A stretch of 57,168 bases of DNA from Candidatus Bathyarchaeota archaeon. Its GTDB lineage: Archaea; Thermoproteota; Bathyarchaeia; Bathyarchaeales; Bathyarchaeaceae. The stretch is taken from the NCBI GenBank assembly GCA_037386545.1, contig JARRLY010000014.1, positions 1 to 57,168 on the forward strand, in the 5' to 3' direction. Under the pieces are notes generated by a model. It was given only the letters and a program-made list of their open reading frames with translations. It did no database searches and was not told the origin of the DNA. Of this stretch, positions 28,315 to 38,291 are shown piece after piece. The stretch's first letter is position 1, and each line of letters opens with the position of its first letter. The position numbers were made by a program, and so were the translations under genes.

Positions 28315-28861
28315 GATGAGTCAAGGGTGGACAACACGAACAAGCGGCGTTCCAAGGGGTCTGTTACGGTTTTTAGTCATTAACATGCTCATGAACAAAC
28401 CAATGTCAGGTGTAGAAATTGTCGAAGTAATCGAAACAGAAACAGGCGGACGATGGAAACCCAGTTCAGGTTCAGTTTATCCTCTTCTGGCTAAACTTCA
28501 TGAACGAGGATACACCGTTGAAAAACCAAGTGAAGAAACCGGAATCAAAAGATATGCCATCACCAAGAAAGGCAAACAGTTCTTTGAAAAACAGATAAGT
28601 TTTGGACAAAAATTGCTGAATAAACTGGAATTTCTTGTTCCTTTGCTTATTGCTGGATTCCAATTCTATCATAATGATGAAAAAATTGTTTCTGGAACCA
28701 GAAAACCAGCCCAACGAGTAGTCAAAAAACTGTTGGACATTCGTCAAACAAGCGTTAAACTTACTGAAGAACACGCACAAGAAATCGAAAAGATTCTGAA
28801 CAAATGTGCGGATGAACTGGAAACAGTTTTTCAAAAAATTAGTCAAAAAAGCAAAACATAG
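28313..28861 (+). CDS. PadR-family transcriptional regulator
   Basis: PMSGVEI, WKPSSGSVYPLL, YAITKKG. Confidence 0.92.
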   Translation: MMSQGWTTRTSGVPRGLLRFLVINMLMNKPMSGVEIVEVIETETGGRWKPSSGSVYPLLAKLHERGYTVEKPSEETGIKRYAITKKGKQFFEKQISFGQKLLNKLEFLVPLLIAGFQFYHNDEKIVSGTRKPAQRVVKKLLDIRQTSVKLTEEHAQEIEKILNKCADELETVFQKISQKSKT

Positions 28862-28884
28862 GCAGTAATTAAGAGGAATGGGAC

Positions 28885-31800
28885 ATGGGTCTTAAATCTA
28901 GTTTTATGGTTGCAAAGCGCTCATTGTGGAGAAGAAAAACCAAGAACCTCAGCGCCATTCTTGCAGTAACTTTGGGCGTAACCTTACTTGTTGGAATCCA
29001 AATCACAACAGACACTCTGCAAAACACGTTTCTTACCAGTTTGCTTCAGAGCGAAGGCGAAGTCGACTTCAACATAGCAAACGCAACAACTGGCGGATAC
29101 TTGACGGCAGCAGAACTACAAAAAATCAGTTCAGCGGCTCCGGATGCTGTGGGAATAATGCCGGAGTTAAAAATGAAGGTCCCGATAATGCTGGGTTCCC
29201 AGTTTGATTCGTCAACAGAGCTTGCCGGAATTTCTACTAATTTTTCTGACGTTTTTGGTTCCTTTTATGATTGGAAAACAGGAGATGAACTGAACATTGG
29301 TGATTATTTGGTGGATAACACAACCATTTTGTTATCAAGCCGATTGGCTGAAAACCTTGGATTGGACAAAGACACCAATCTTCCAATCAAGTTAACTACA
29401 GAATTCACAAATCTTACAGTTGTTATCAATGTTGATCCAACAACAGGTAATTTTACTGCAGTTCCAACATATTCTACAGAGAGGATAGAGCTTACTGTTG
29501 CTGGAATTTACGATTCAAACCGTCCCGGAATCGGTTCCCGATACCGAGGAATGCTTATGGCTCTTGAGGATCTTCAGCAGTGGAGAAGCCTCCAAGACCC
29601 AACCCGCGAAACTGACACTATAGGCTCTTACTTGATTGCCCTGAAAACTAACCACTTTACTGTAGAAATTGAAGAAGAATACCTCCAAGAACAAGTAGAC
29701 CTGTTTAAAGCCTCAGTTCCTCCTGACACTTACACGGTTACCTCTAACCGTTTGACTTTTTTCAGTATTGCAGAAATCATAATGACCCTGCTAACCACCA
29801 TGCTGGGTGCCTTAGGCATGCTGATCATGGTAACGGGTGTTTTGCTCATCACTAATGTTCAACTAATGAACGTAGAAGACCGCGAATTCCAAACCGGAGT
29901 CCTAAGAGCTGTCGGAGAAAACCGTGGAGGAATATTCCAGTCAATCTTAATCGAAAACGTGTTCCAAGGAATCCTAGGCGGCGTATTTGGACTGGCAGGC
30001 GGATTAGCCTTTGGTCAAGCAGTCGCGATGTATCTGGTGAGCTTGTTTGGCACAGGAAGTCAAAGTGTCCAACCAATTGTCTCAGAACAAGTAGTAATAT
30101 TGTCAGTAATAGTTGGAGTTGCTCTTGGAATCATAACAGGCATACTCCCAGCCCTGCGAGCATCCCGAGTCAACATCGTAGATGCCCTGCGGGGAATCAA
30201 AAGCTCCTTTGAAGAAAAATCTGGACGCAACCTAGCCCTGTTGGGCGTGTTAGGAATAATTGTAGGAAGCGCAGTTTTATTGTCTTACGGAGTTATCGAT
30301 GACACACACCAAGCAATCTGGCTTACTGAAGGCTGGAACAGCGTAGAAGAGTGGCAAAACATCCTAATTGGAACCTTTTTACTGTTTTTGGGCATAGGTG
30401 CTGTGCTTTCACGATACATCAGCAAAACCAAAGCAATGAACATAACCGCCATAGCCATCTGGGCAATACCCATGTTCCTGTTCACCGTAGCAATGGGAGA
30501 ATGGATAGAAGATGTTTCTCAACTTGCCCAAAATATTCTGATGATTGGTGTTATGGAAATCATAATCGGCTCGGTTATGCTGGTTTCAGCAAATCTGTCC
30601 ATAATAATGAACGGACTACGAAGTCTGCTCGTTAAAATCCGAGGAATGAAAGGAGTTGGACAAATTGCGCCCTCATTGATTTCGTCCCACAAGTCACGTT
30701 CGACTTTAACTTTTGCAATCTTTGCAGTAATAATGACGTTGAACGTAACCGTTGCAACATTGGTGCCCACCAACCTAAGTTCAGTAATAGAAACCGAAGA
30801 AGACTCCCGTGGAATCGACCTCATAGTGTTCCTCAACAAACCTGAAACAAAAATTCCGGGCACATCATACGCTGAAGAATTATACAACTTAAGCGAGCAA
30901 ATAACCGACATAATTCCGTTCAAGACCTTCAGCACAACCACAGATTATCAAAAGTTCTTAGCTGTAACCAATCCATATTCCCCCGATTTTGGGGCACAAA
31001 CCGACTTACTACCAATTGGATATGGAGAGATTACGTCAAAACAAATCCGTGGAAACGCAACTGATGCATCAGATTCTGATTGGCGTTATGATTTCTACTT
31101 AAGTAGTTTCCCTGATGGCATTACACACCCAGAAGTTGATGATGTGACCGATGAGCAACTTCTTGAAATGTCTAAAGAAGCTTGGGATTTGTTCTTTGAC
31201 CCCACATTTACCATGGCGGCATATAATGTCTCTTTAGCGGAACTTCTTGCAGAAGACCGCGAACTCGACGACATAGACCTTTCTGGACTAGGTGGATATG
31301 GAGGCAACCCATTAGAAGATGTTGAAGTTCTCCGTTACGACAACGGCACGGCTATTGAAAATCCGGTGGTGTTCACTGATTCATTCATTTTGCCGGTGGG
31401 ACTGCAGATTTGGGTGCCAATGAACACTTCGGCATACGGATTCCCAAATTATCAAGCGTTCACTGTAGGAGGACGTTTGGATGGTAACCGCGCAGGAGGG
31501 TTCCCGTTGTCTTCGGTTAGCATTAGTAGCTTAACTTCTGGAGGAAGCTTTGATTACGTGGACCTTCTAGGAAAAATATACTTGAATGATTATTGGGCAA
31601 ACCAAACCAACTTCTTAGCAGAAGCAGACGGTGAAAGCTCAACCTCAAGAGCCCCTAACCAGTACGATTATTTCTTAATCAAAACAAGCTACGACATGGA
31701 CGACCCCGAAATCGAAACAATCGCCCAATCTATCGAAGAATTCACCAATACAAACGATTACGGATACCGTGACCTAGCTGGTGACAACTTCTACGTTGCA

Positions 31801-32241
31801 AGTTCAACTGTTTTGTATTCAAAGGTAGAATCTTCTCTGGAAATGGTAAACCGAGTGGTCTCGTTCCTGCAAATATACGTCACCTTCGGCTTAGGGATTG
31901 GTGCTGTTGGAATGGCAGTAATTTCTGTCCGTAACGTTTCAGAACGAAAACGTGAAATCGGTATGATGCGAGCCATCGGATTCCCAAGAAGCCAAGTCAT
32001 GGTGTCTGTTTTGCTTGAATTGGTTGTGTTAGGCGTTATAGGTTTGCTCATTGGCGTAGCCAACGGAATACTCATCGGCATAGGCTTTGCAAACATGCAA
32101 GGAAGTGCTCTGATAATCCCCTGGAACGACCTCGCAGTATATCTGGGCTTTATCACCTTGATTGCCTTAGCCGCAGGAGCCATTCCTGGATGGTTTGCGT
32201 CACGAATTCCACCCGCAGAAGCATTAAGGTATGTAGGTTAG
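28885..32241 (+). CDS. FtsX/MacB-type ABC transporter permease with two FtsX domains
   Basis: REFQTGVLRAVG and ERKREIGMMRAIG motifs, PALRASR, PAEALRY; large extracellular domains. Confidence 0.92.
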   Translation: MGLKSSFMVAKRSLWRRKTKNLSAILAVTLGVTLLVGIQITTDTLQNTFLTSLLQSEGEVDFNIANATTGGYLTAAELQKISSAAPDAVGIMPELKMKVPIMLGSQFDSSTELAGISTNFSDVFGSFYDWKTGDELNIGDYLVDNTTILLSSRLAENLGLDKDTNLPIKLTTEFTNLTVVINVDPTTGNFTAVPTYSTERIELTVAGIYDSNRPGIGSRYRGMLMALEDLQQWRSLQDPTRETDTIGSYLIALKTNHFTVEIEEEYLQEQVDLFKASVPPDTYTVTSNRLTFFSIAEIIMTLLTTMLGALGMLIMVTGVLLITNVQLMNVEDREFQTGVLRAVGENRGGIFQSILIENVFQGILGGVFGLAGGLAFGQAVAMYLVSLFGTGSQSVQPIVSEQVVILSVIVGVALGIITGILPALRASRVNIVDALRGIKSSFEEKSGRNLALLGVLGIIVGSAVLLSYGVIDDTHQAIWLTEGWNSVEEWQNILIGTFLLFLGIGAVLSRYISKTKAMNITAIAIWAIPMFLFTVAMGEWIEDVSQLAQNILMIGVMEIIIGSVMLVSANLSIIMNGLRSLLVKIRGMKGVGQIAPSLISSHKSRSTLTFAIFAVIMTLNVTVATLVPTNLSSVIETEEDSRGIDLIVFLNKPETKIPGTSYAEELYNLSEQITDIIPFKTFSTTTDYQKFLAVTNPYSPDFGAQTDLLPIGYGEITSKQIRGNATDASDSDWRYDFYLSSFPDGITHPEVDDVTDEQLLEMSKEAWDLFFDPTFTMAAYNVSLAELLAEDRELDDIDLSGLGGYGGNPLEDVEVLRYDNGTAIENPVVFTDSFILPVGLQIWVPMNTSAYGFPNYQAFTVGGRLDGNRAGGFPLSSVSISSLTSGGSFDYVDLLGKIYLNDYWANQTNFLAEADGESSTSRAPNQYDYFLIKTSYDMDDPEIETIAQSIEEFTNTNDYGYRDLAGDNFYVASSTVLYSKVESSLEMVNRVVSFLQIYVTFGLGIGAVGMAVISVRNVSERKREIGMMRAIGFPRSQVMVSVLLELVVLGVIGLLIGVANGILIGIGFANMQGSALIIPWNDLAVYLGFITLIALAAGAIPGWFASRIPPAEALRYVG

Positions 32242-33300
32242 GTGAAAAAGATGGCAATAAAATCGAAACTTTCAAAAATCATGGTCTTCGCCTTACTTGT
32301 CTCAGGGATAGTTGTTCTTGCATGGATAGCCTCCATAATATTGAATGATATATTCACATGGAACAAAGATATCTACAGTATACTCTTTGGTTCTCGGACA
32401 GGTGAAAAAATCAGCTTAGAAATAGGCATGACAGTCTTCCACTATGTCGTGGTCGGCGCGTTACTGCTTACTCTGGGTATAGGAGCTTATTTGAGATATC
32501 GAAGTCGAACCATTACTCTGGATAGCGACTTGAATCAATCGTTAGTAATAATGAAGAAACAAAAGAAGGATACATTTAACAAAAACAAAGAGCCGATTTT
32601 GGTAATCACTGGGTTACATAAACGATATAGTGAAGGAAAATCCAATGAAGTCCACGCCATTCGAGGATTGGACCTCACCGTTGACAAAGGTGACATGATG
32701 GCAATTATGGGACCCTCAGGATGTGGAAAAACAACCTTGTTGAACATGATAGGCCACTTAGACCGCCACTCCGACGGTCAAATTATCATCGACACCATTG
32801 ACACTGCTACCCTTTCAGATGGGAAAATGACCAGTTTCCGAAGGGACAAAATTGGTTTTATTTTTCAGTTGTTCAATCTATTCCCCTTCTTGTCTGCAGT
32901 AGAAAACGTGGAAACCCCCCTGTTACTGAAAGGGATGAAAGCAGGAGTGGCTCGTGAACAAGCAAAAATGATTCTAAGAGAACTGGGAATGGGAGACAGA
33001 CTTTATCACAAACCTTCTGAACTTTCTGGGGGACAACAACAAAGAATCGCAGTTGCCCGTGCTTTGATTACCGAACCTGCAATTATTCTGGGTGATGAAC
33101 CAACTGGAGATTTGGATTCTACAACAAGTAAAGATGTTATGAACCTGTTTCGTAGAATCAATAAAATCAACAGACAAACTCTGGTTTTGGTAACCCACAA
33201 CAGATGGATTGCCGAACAATGTGACTATATTGTTCACATGAATGACGGAAAAGTTTCCAACGTGGAATATGGTCCTTTCACAACAAAGGAGGAAGCCTGA
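32242..33300 (+). CDS. LolD/MacB-type ABC ATPase with two N-terminal TM helices
   Basis: GPSGCGKT, IGFIFQ, LSGGQQQR, DEPTGDLD, VTH. Confidence 0.92.
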   Translation: MKKMAIKSKLSKIMVFALLVSGIVVLAWIASIILNDIFTWNKDIYSILFGSRTGEKISLEIGMTVFHYVVVGALLLTLGIGAYLRYRSRTITLDSDLNQSLVIMKKQKKDTFNKNKEPILVITGLHKRYSEGKSNEVHAIRGLDLTVDKGDMMAIMGPSGCGKTTLLNMIGHLDRHSDGQIIIDTIDTATLSDGKMTSFRRDKIGFIFQLFNLFPFLSAVENVETPLLLKGMKAGVAREQAKMILRELGMGDRLYHKPSELSGGQQQRIAVARALITEPAIILGDEPTGDLDSTTSKDVMNLFRRINKINRQTLVLVTHNRWIAEQCDYIVHMNDGKVSNVEYGPFTTKEEA

Positions 33301-35042
33301 TGCAAGTTTACGCCGCAGGATTAATCGACAAAACTTTACGCCCAATCAATGCAAAGCTGCAAAAGAAGCTGGTTTCTGAATGCAAAAAAGCACTTCAGGT
33401 TTCGGGCAAAGCCATGTCAAGCCAAGAGTTGAACGCTTTCATTGTTTTGTCTGGAAAAAAGGAAAGCGCAGTGGAGCAAAAAATTGTTGACGCTGTTGAA
33501 ACAGGGCGAGTTTACAGGCAGTTCAAAAAATATTATGCAGATAACGAGTCTAGACTACGGAAGAATCTTAAAGATGACCAAGAATTGCGAGAAACCTCTA
33601 AGATAATTAAAGATTTTATTCGGGAAATTGACCCAAATCTTGTTAAACTGTTTGATTCGCAGCTCAAAAAAATAATCAAAGAATTGCCGTCAAGTCATCG
33701 GGAAATCCAACTGAAAAGTTATGTTACAGTCTGGGATTTTGCAGAGACCAAAGAATACCGTTTTTACCTGTCGGGCTTTGATGCTCCAATATTTACGGGG
33801 TCATCAACTGAAACTCAACTAAACGTAGAAGAATTAGTTGACAAACTAATTATAACAAACTTTTTTGCAGTTTTCATGAAGCCCACAGTTACTCGACTTA
33901 AAGAATTGAATAAGATTCTAGAAAGGCTAGAGATGGGAGTTGGTGGTTCTCACTACAAGACCAAGAATCCTAAACTTCAGAAAAAACTTGAACTGTTTTT
34001 GAGAATTTTAGCAGCAAAACTTAGCGCCTTACAGGATATAGACAACCTGCTTTTCAGAATTTTTAAGTTGTTCCAAGTTCCCGAAAAGTCGCTGACTCCT
34101 CACAGAATAAAAAACGAATCAATAGAATTCAACACAGTATTATCAAAACTTGCCACAGAAATCGAGCAGGCCAAAACTTTGCTTGTGGAGGTTCATAACA
34201 AGATTCAGCAGTGCCAGATTCATCTTCGTGACTATTTTGATGAGCATAAAAATGGAATTAGAATCGTTGAATCAAAAGATGATTTCAAAAATGCTTTGTT
34301 GCCTCTTGCAGAATTAAGCAAAGATCTTTTTGTTGAAGCTGAACTGCTAAAAATGTGGTCAGACTTTTTCGGAGTTGACATTCCATACTTTAGCTTTAAT
34401 AAACAAGTTTTCAACACCCAAGACATTGAAGTAACAGACATAGAGACCAACACAATCATAGCAGTTCGTGGATTAACCAAGAATTACAATCTTGGACGAA
34501 CAACAGTTTATGCCCTCCGAGGAGTAAATGTTGACATCAAAGAAGGCGAATTTGTCGCAATTGTAGGAAACTCAGGAGCAGGAAAAACAACCCTATTGAA
34601 CTGTATTGCCGGTCTGGACAGCCCAGATTATGGTGTAGTTTTGTTCCGAGGTGAAAACCTTCACCAAATGGATGATGAAGAAAACATCGCCTTGCCTGCA
34701 GACCTAGCAGGATTAAGCAAAGAACTCAAAGAACGCATAGAAAACCTCTTAGAAGGAGTTGGTTTGAGCAACCAAGCTAAACAGTATCCCGCAACCCTGA
34801 GCGGCGGACAAATGCAACGAGTAGCCATCGCCAGAGCATTAACTAACGGTCCAGCGGTAATATTTGCTGATGAACCAACTGGAGATTTGGATTCGGCAAC
34901 AGGAAAACAGGTAATGGAGTTGCTGGAAAAATTCCATGAAGAAACCAAAACCACAATAATCATAATCACCCACGAACAAGACATCGCAGACTATGCTCAA
35001 CGACAAATCCAAATTGAAGACGGCGTAATAGTTTCAGAATAA
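33300..35042 (+). CDS. Large helical N-domain fused to LolD-type ABC ATPase; Q-loop segment missing
   Basis: GNSGAGKT, LSGGQMQR, DEPTGDLD; HQMDD runs directly into EENIALP. Confidence 0.8.
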   Translation: MQVYAAGLIDKTLRPINAKLQKKLVSECKKALQVSGKAMSSQELNAFIVLSGKKESAVEQKIVDAVETGRVYRQFKKYYADNESRLRKNLKDDQELRETSKIIKDFIREIDPNLVKLFDSQLKKIIKELPSSHREIQLKSYVTVWDFAETKEYRFYLSGFDAPIFTGSSTETQLNVEELVDKLIITNFFAVFMKPTVTRLKELNKILERLEMGVGGSHYKTKNPKLQKKLELFLRILAAKLSALQDIDNLLFRIFKLFQVPEKSLTPHRIKNESIEFNTVLSKLATEIEQAKTLLVEVHNKIQQCQIHLRDYFDEHKNGIRIVESKDDFKNALLPLAELSKDLFVEAELLKMWSDFFGVDIPYFSFNKQVFNTQDIEVTDIETNTIIAVRGLTKNYNLGRTTVYALRGVNVDIKEGEFVAIVGNSGAGKTTLLNCIAGLDSPDYGVVLFRGENLHQMDDEENIALPADLAGLSKELKERIENLLEGVGLSNQAKQYPATLSGGQMQRVAIARALTNGPAVIFADEPTGDLDSATGKQVMELLEKFHEETKTTIIIITHEQDIADYAQRQIQIEDGVIVSE

Positions 35043-35073
35043 ATTGTTAGAATATTCTAGTTGACTTGAGATT

Positions 35074-36111
35074 TTACATGTGTTGCAACTTGATTTTCAG
35101 GTCTTGAATTGTTGCCCGAAAATCATTTCTCACAAACCCTTTTTTTACAAGCTCAAAATCTGCTATCCGCCTTTTGGGCTGAAACACAAGTCGTTTAATC
35201 CAAATTTTCTGGAAATCTTTTATCGTATTTGTTAGTCCTCTTAGGCTTGCTTTTGCTTCTTCATGTTTTTTAGAAACAAAGAATCCAGCAGAAACAATAA
35301 GGATAGACAAACAAAGAAGAGGAAATCTCCAACAAACGTTTCCAAATTCATAATTCTTTATTGCAGTATGCATACGATTCTTGGATGAATGATAAAGCAT
35401 ACCTCCGCTAACTCCTCGTAATACACTGCTTCGATGAATCACTAAAGATGATGAAACAAACAGAACAGAAAAACCACGCAAGCGAACACGTAAAGACAGG
35501 TCAGTGTCGTCATCATAAATAAAATAGTCATCATCAAATCTTCCAACTTCATTGAAAAGTGTTCGGCGGATAATACAGCAACCTGCAGATGCGGCTAACA
35601 ACTCAAAATTTTGTTTTAGTTCTTGGGCATTTGAACCATAATTTGCCGACCAAGTTCCTAGAGCATCAACATTTTCACAAAAGTACTCCAAACGGTTTTG
35701 GTCTTCAGATAACACAATTTTTGCTTGTGCCAGACCTACTGTTTTATCATCTTCCATGACTTTGACAAGTTCAACAAGCCAACCCTTGGAGGCGAATTCA
35801 ATGTCGCTGTCCACAAAAACCACATACTTTCCGTTACTCATTTTTGCTCCAACGTTACAACCTTCAGCATGCCCCACATTGTTAGCATTTTTGACGATTT
35901 TCACACGGGAATCTGAATCTGCAACAGATTTTATTGCGTCGAGGCTTCCGTCCGATGAGGCATTGTCAACGACTGTCACACCAAAGTTGGGATAATCAGT
36001 TTCTAAAAGGGTTCTCAAACAAGTTTTCAGCAGGTCTTTTCCATTGAAATTGACTATAACAACTGAAACAGAAGGACAGCTTTCACTTGTTTGTGCCAAA
36101 TTTTTCACCAT
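35074..36111 (-). CDS. Glycosyltransferase family 2
   Basis: VVIVNFNG, VDNASSDGS, VDSD, FDDDYFIYDDDTDL. Confidence 0.92.
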   Translation of the reverse strand: MVKNLAQTSESCPSVSVVIVNFNGKDLLKTCLRTLLETDYPNFGVTVVDNASSDGSLDAIKSVADSDSRVKIVKNANNVGHAEGCNVGAKMSNGKYVVFVDSDIEFASKGWLVELVKVMEDDKTVGLAQAKIVLSEDQNRLEYFCENVDALGTWSANYGSNAQELKQNFELLAASAGCCIIRRTLFNEVGRFDDDYFIYDDDTDLSLRVRLRGFSVLFVSSSLVIHRSSVLRGVSGGMLYHSSKNRMHTAIKNYEFGNVCWRFPLLCLSILIVSAGFFVSKKHEEAKASLRGLTNTIKDFQKIWIKRLVFQPKRRIADFELVKKGFVRNDFRATIQDLKIKLQHM

Positions 36112-36245
36112 TCAAAAATCAAAGTTTGGTTGATTTTGCAAGTTTTCTTGGTTCATAAAAGGGGCGGATTGACTTTAAGTTCTTTTTGGCACAACAATTA
36201 AATGGTTTTTATGAGAATCTACGAAAGTAAATTGAAGCGATTCAC

Positions 36246-37262
36246 ATGGAAGAAACCAAAGCTAACCCCTCTGTAACGGTTATTGTCCCGGTAAAAAATG
36301 GAGAACAAACAATCCAGCCGTTGCTAGAATCGCTACAAAAGCTCGATTATGACCCAAAAAAAGTCGAAGTAGTTGTGGTTGACGGAAACTCTGAAGATAA
36401 AACTCGAGAAATCGTCAAAAAATACCCAGTAAAATTGGTTATCGAAGACAAAAAAGGAATCAATCTCGCAAGAAACATGGGAATCAAAAACAGCAACGGA
36501 GAAATTATTGCCTTTACCGACTCTGATTGCATTGTTCCCTCAAACTGGATAACAAAAATTGTGGAAAACTTCAAAGATCCCCAAGTCAGCTGCGTAGGCG
36601 GAAGCGCAATTGCTCTGGACAACGATTTTGTTTCCCAATATGCAGACAACAGTATAGTAAGACTAATGCCTGTTTTCAAAAAACGCGAAGAACTCAAACA
36701 AGTAAAACCCTTCTTTGGTCACCCTGCAGGATGCAACATGGCCTTCCGAAGAAAAGTAGTAGAAGAAGTCGGATTTTTTGATGAACAAATCCAATACGGC
36801 TTTGACGAAGTCGAATTCGCAGACAGAATCTGCCGAGCAGGATACACAATGGTATTAGACCCCGAAGTTTCAGTTTGGCACAAACACCGCTCAACTTTTG
36901 GAGAGTTTTTGAAACAGAACTTTCAGTACGGCAAAGGAAGCGGAATTGTTTTCAAAAAGAAACTGATGGCAGATTCGGTCTCCAAATGGACATTTTTAGC
37001 AATAATTGGCTTCATAACGTGGCTAACAATAGTGGGAACCTTCACCTTTTTAGTAACCACATCCAACTCCAGCCTTTTTTTCTGGATATTATTTGGTTTC
37101 ACTGGTTTACCGTTAATTATTGTAGCGTCAGTTTACGCTTACCGAGCCATAAAAAACAAGAAATTTTCACGTGTTATTGCGTATCCTTTCATTGACATGT
37201 TTAGAACAATCACTTTTTGTTCGGGACAACTGTATCAGCTTATCAAAGGCAGTAAAAAATAG
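36246..37262 (+). CDS. Glycosyltransferase family 2 with C-terminal TM helices
   Basis: VIVPVKN, VVDGNSED, FTDSDC, GCNMAFRR. Confidence 0.92.
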   Translation: MEETKANPSVTVIVPVKNGEQTIQPLLESLQKLDYDPKKVEVVVVDGNSEDKTREIVKKYPVKLVIEDKKGINLARNMGIKNSNGEIIAFTDSDCIVPSNWITKIVENFKDPQVSCVGGSAIALDNDFVSQYADNSIVRLMPVFKKREELKQVKPFFGHPAGCNMAFRRKVVEEVGFFDEQIQYGFDEVEFADRICRAGYTMVLDPEVSVWHKHRSTFGEFLKQNFQYGKGSGIVFKKKLMADSVSKWTFLAIIGFITWLTIVGTFTFLVTTSNSSLFFWILFGFTGLPLIIVASVYAYRAIKNKKFSRVIAYPFIDMFRTITFCSGQLYQLIKGSKK

Positions 37263-37377
37263 TAGAATAATAAGTACAAAGCTAACTTTGATAGGTCCAT
37301 AGACGACAATATTCCGAAACCGTAACATTCCAAGCGACGTAACTTTTCTTATAACCTACAAAGGACCTCTAAACAAT

Positions 37378-37545
37378 AGAGAGGGAAGACCTACGTTGGA
37401 TTTCGGGTCTGGCGAGGACCACGTTTACAACATGTTGTTCTCCGTGATGTGTTGTAAACGAAAAAAACGCAATAAACTCCAGGTTAAGTAAAATACAGGG
37501 CAACGGTAAAACGTTCAGACCGAAATCCATCACAATTATTTTACG
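37378..37545 (+). ncRNA. Candidate structured non-coding RNA of unknown family
   Basis: Closing stem tggatttcgg(g)tctg/cagaccgaaatcca encloses a 17-bp hairpin; TTATAA box about 25 nt upstream; lies between convergent genes. Confidence 0.45.
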
Positions 37546-37611
37546 ATAGCTTAAAAAAAGTCCATTAAAAGAATTTTTGATAATAAAAAAGAAAATAAAA
37601 AGAAGAAAGGT

Positions 37612-38136
37612 TTAGTATCTTCTTCTTTGGTATCCGCCGTCGCTTCGTCCGCCGCTGCTGTAGCCGCCACTACGTCCGCCGCCGCGTCCGCCATAACCGC
37701 CGCGTCTGCCGCCGCCTCTATTGTAGCCGCCTCTGTTGAATCTTCGGGGTTGTTCGTATTTTTTGTCGGATAGGTTGTTTTCTGTGTTGACTTCTTCGAT
37801 TGGTGATTCTTCTACTAGTTCGTAGCTGCCATATTTTCCTATGTTTAGGCGCATGTTGCCGCGGAATAAGTTAATGTAGCCGTTTGTGATGCTTAGGGTG
37901 GCTTCTTCATTTATTGCGTCTATTTTGTCATCCCAAAGGGTCATGTATAAACATCCTGTCTCGTCGCCAACTAGAGCATCTGCAACTCGGCGTACCGAAT
38001 AATCGCGTCCAGTAACGCTTCTGACTTCGCCTTTAGAAACTACTTTTACAATTGTGTTGACACCTCGAGATTGTGGGGTCAACGTTTCGATTTTTACTAT
38101 CTCTTCTTCACTTTCGGATGGTTCTTCTGTTGACAT
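37612..38136 (-). CDS. ssb: Crenarchaeal-type single-stranded DNA-binding protein (one OB fold plus G/R/Y-rich tail)
   Basis: VADALVGDETG, TLWD, NGYINLFRG.MRLNIGKYG; RGG tail. Confidence 0.92.
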   Translation of the reverse strand: MSTEEPSESEEEIVKIETLTPQSRGVNTIVKVVSKGEVRSVTGRDYSVRRVADALVGDETGCLYMTLWDDKIDAINEEATLSITNGYINLFRGNMRLNIGKYGSYELVEESPIEEVNTENNLSDKKYEQPRRFNRGGYNRGGGRRGGYGGRGGGRSGGYSSGGRSDGGYQRRRY

Positions 38137-38291
38137 TTAATATTCATCCGATTTACATGGTCATTTAGAGCAGTTCTTAAAGATTGTGGTATTAAGTTCA
38201 GAAACTAAACAGCACCAAAAAACCTTCTACTCCGTACGTTGAATCAAATTTCACTTAATTTATAAGGTCCCTAAGGTTAGTCATTCTAAAG

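Noticed and set aside
37378-37545. RNase P, SRP or tmRNA identity for the structured region
   Set aside because: Lacks the P4 consensus, SRP helix-8 motif and tRNA-like ends; too short and AT-rich
37630-37735. ccgcc repeats as a CRISPR or tandem array
   Set aside because: They are Gly/Arg codons of the SSB tail; no repeat-spacer periodicity
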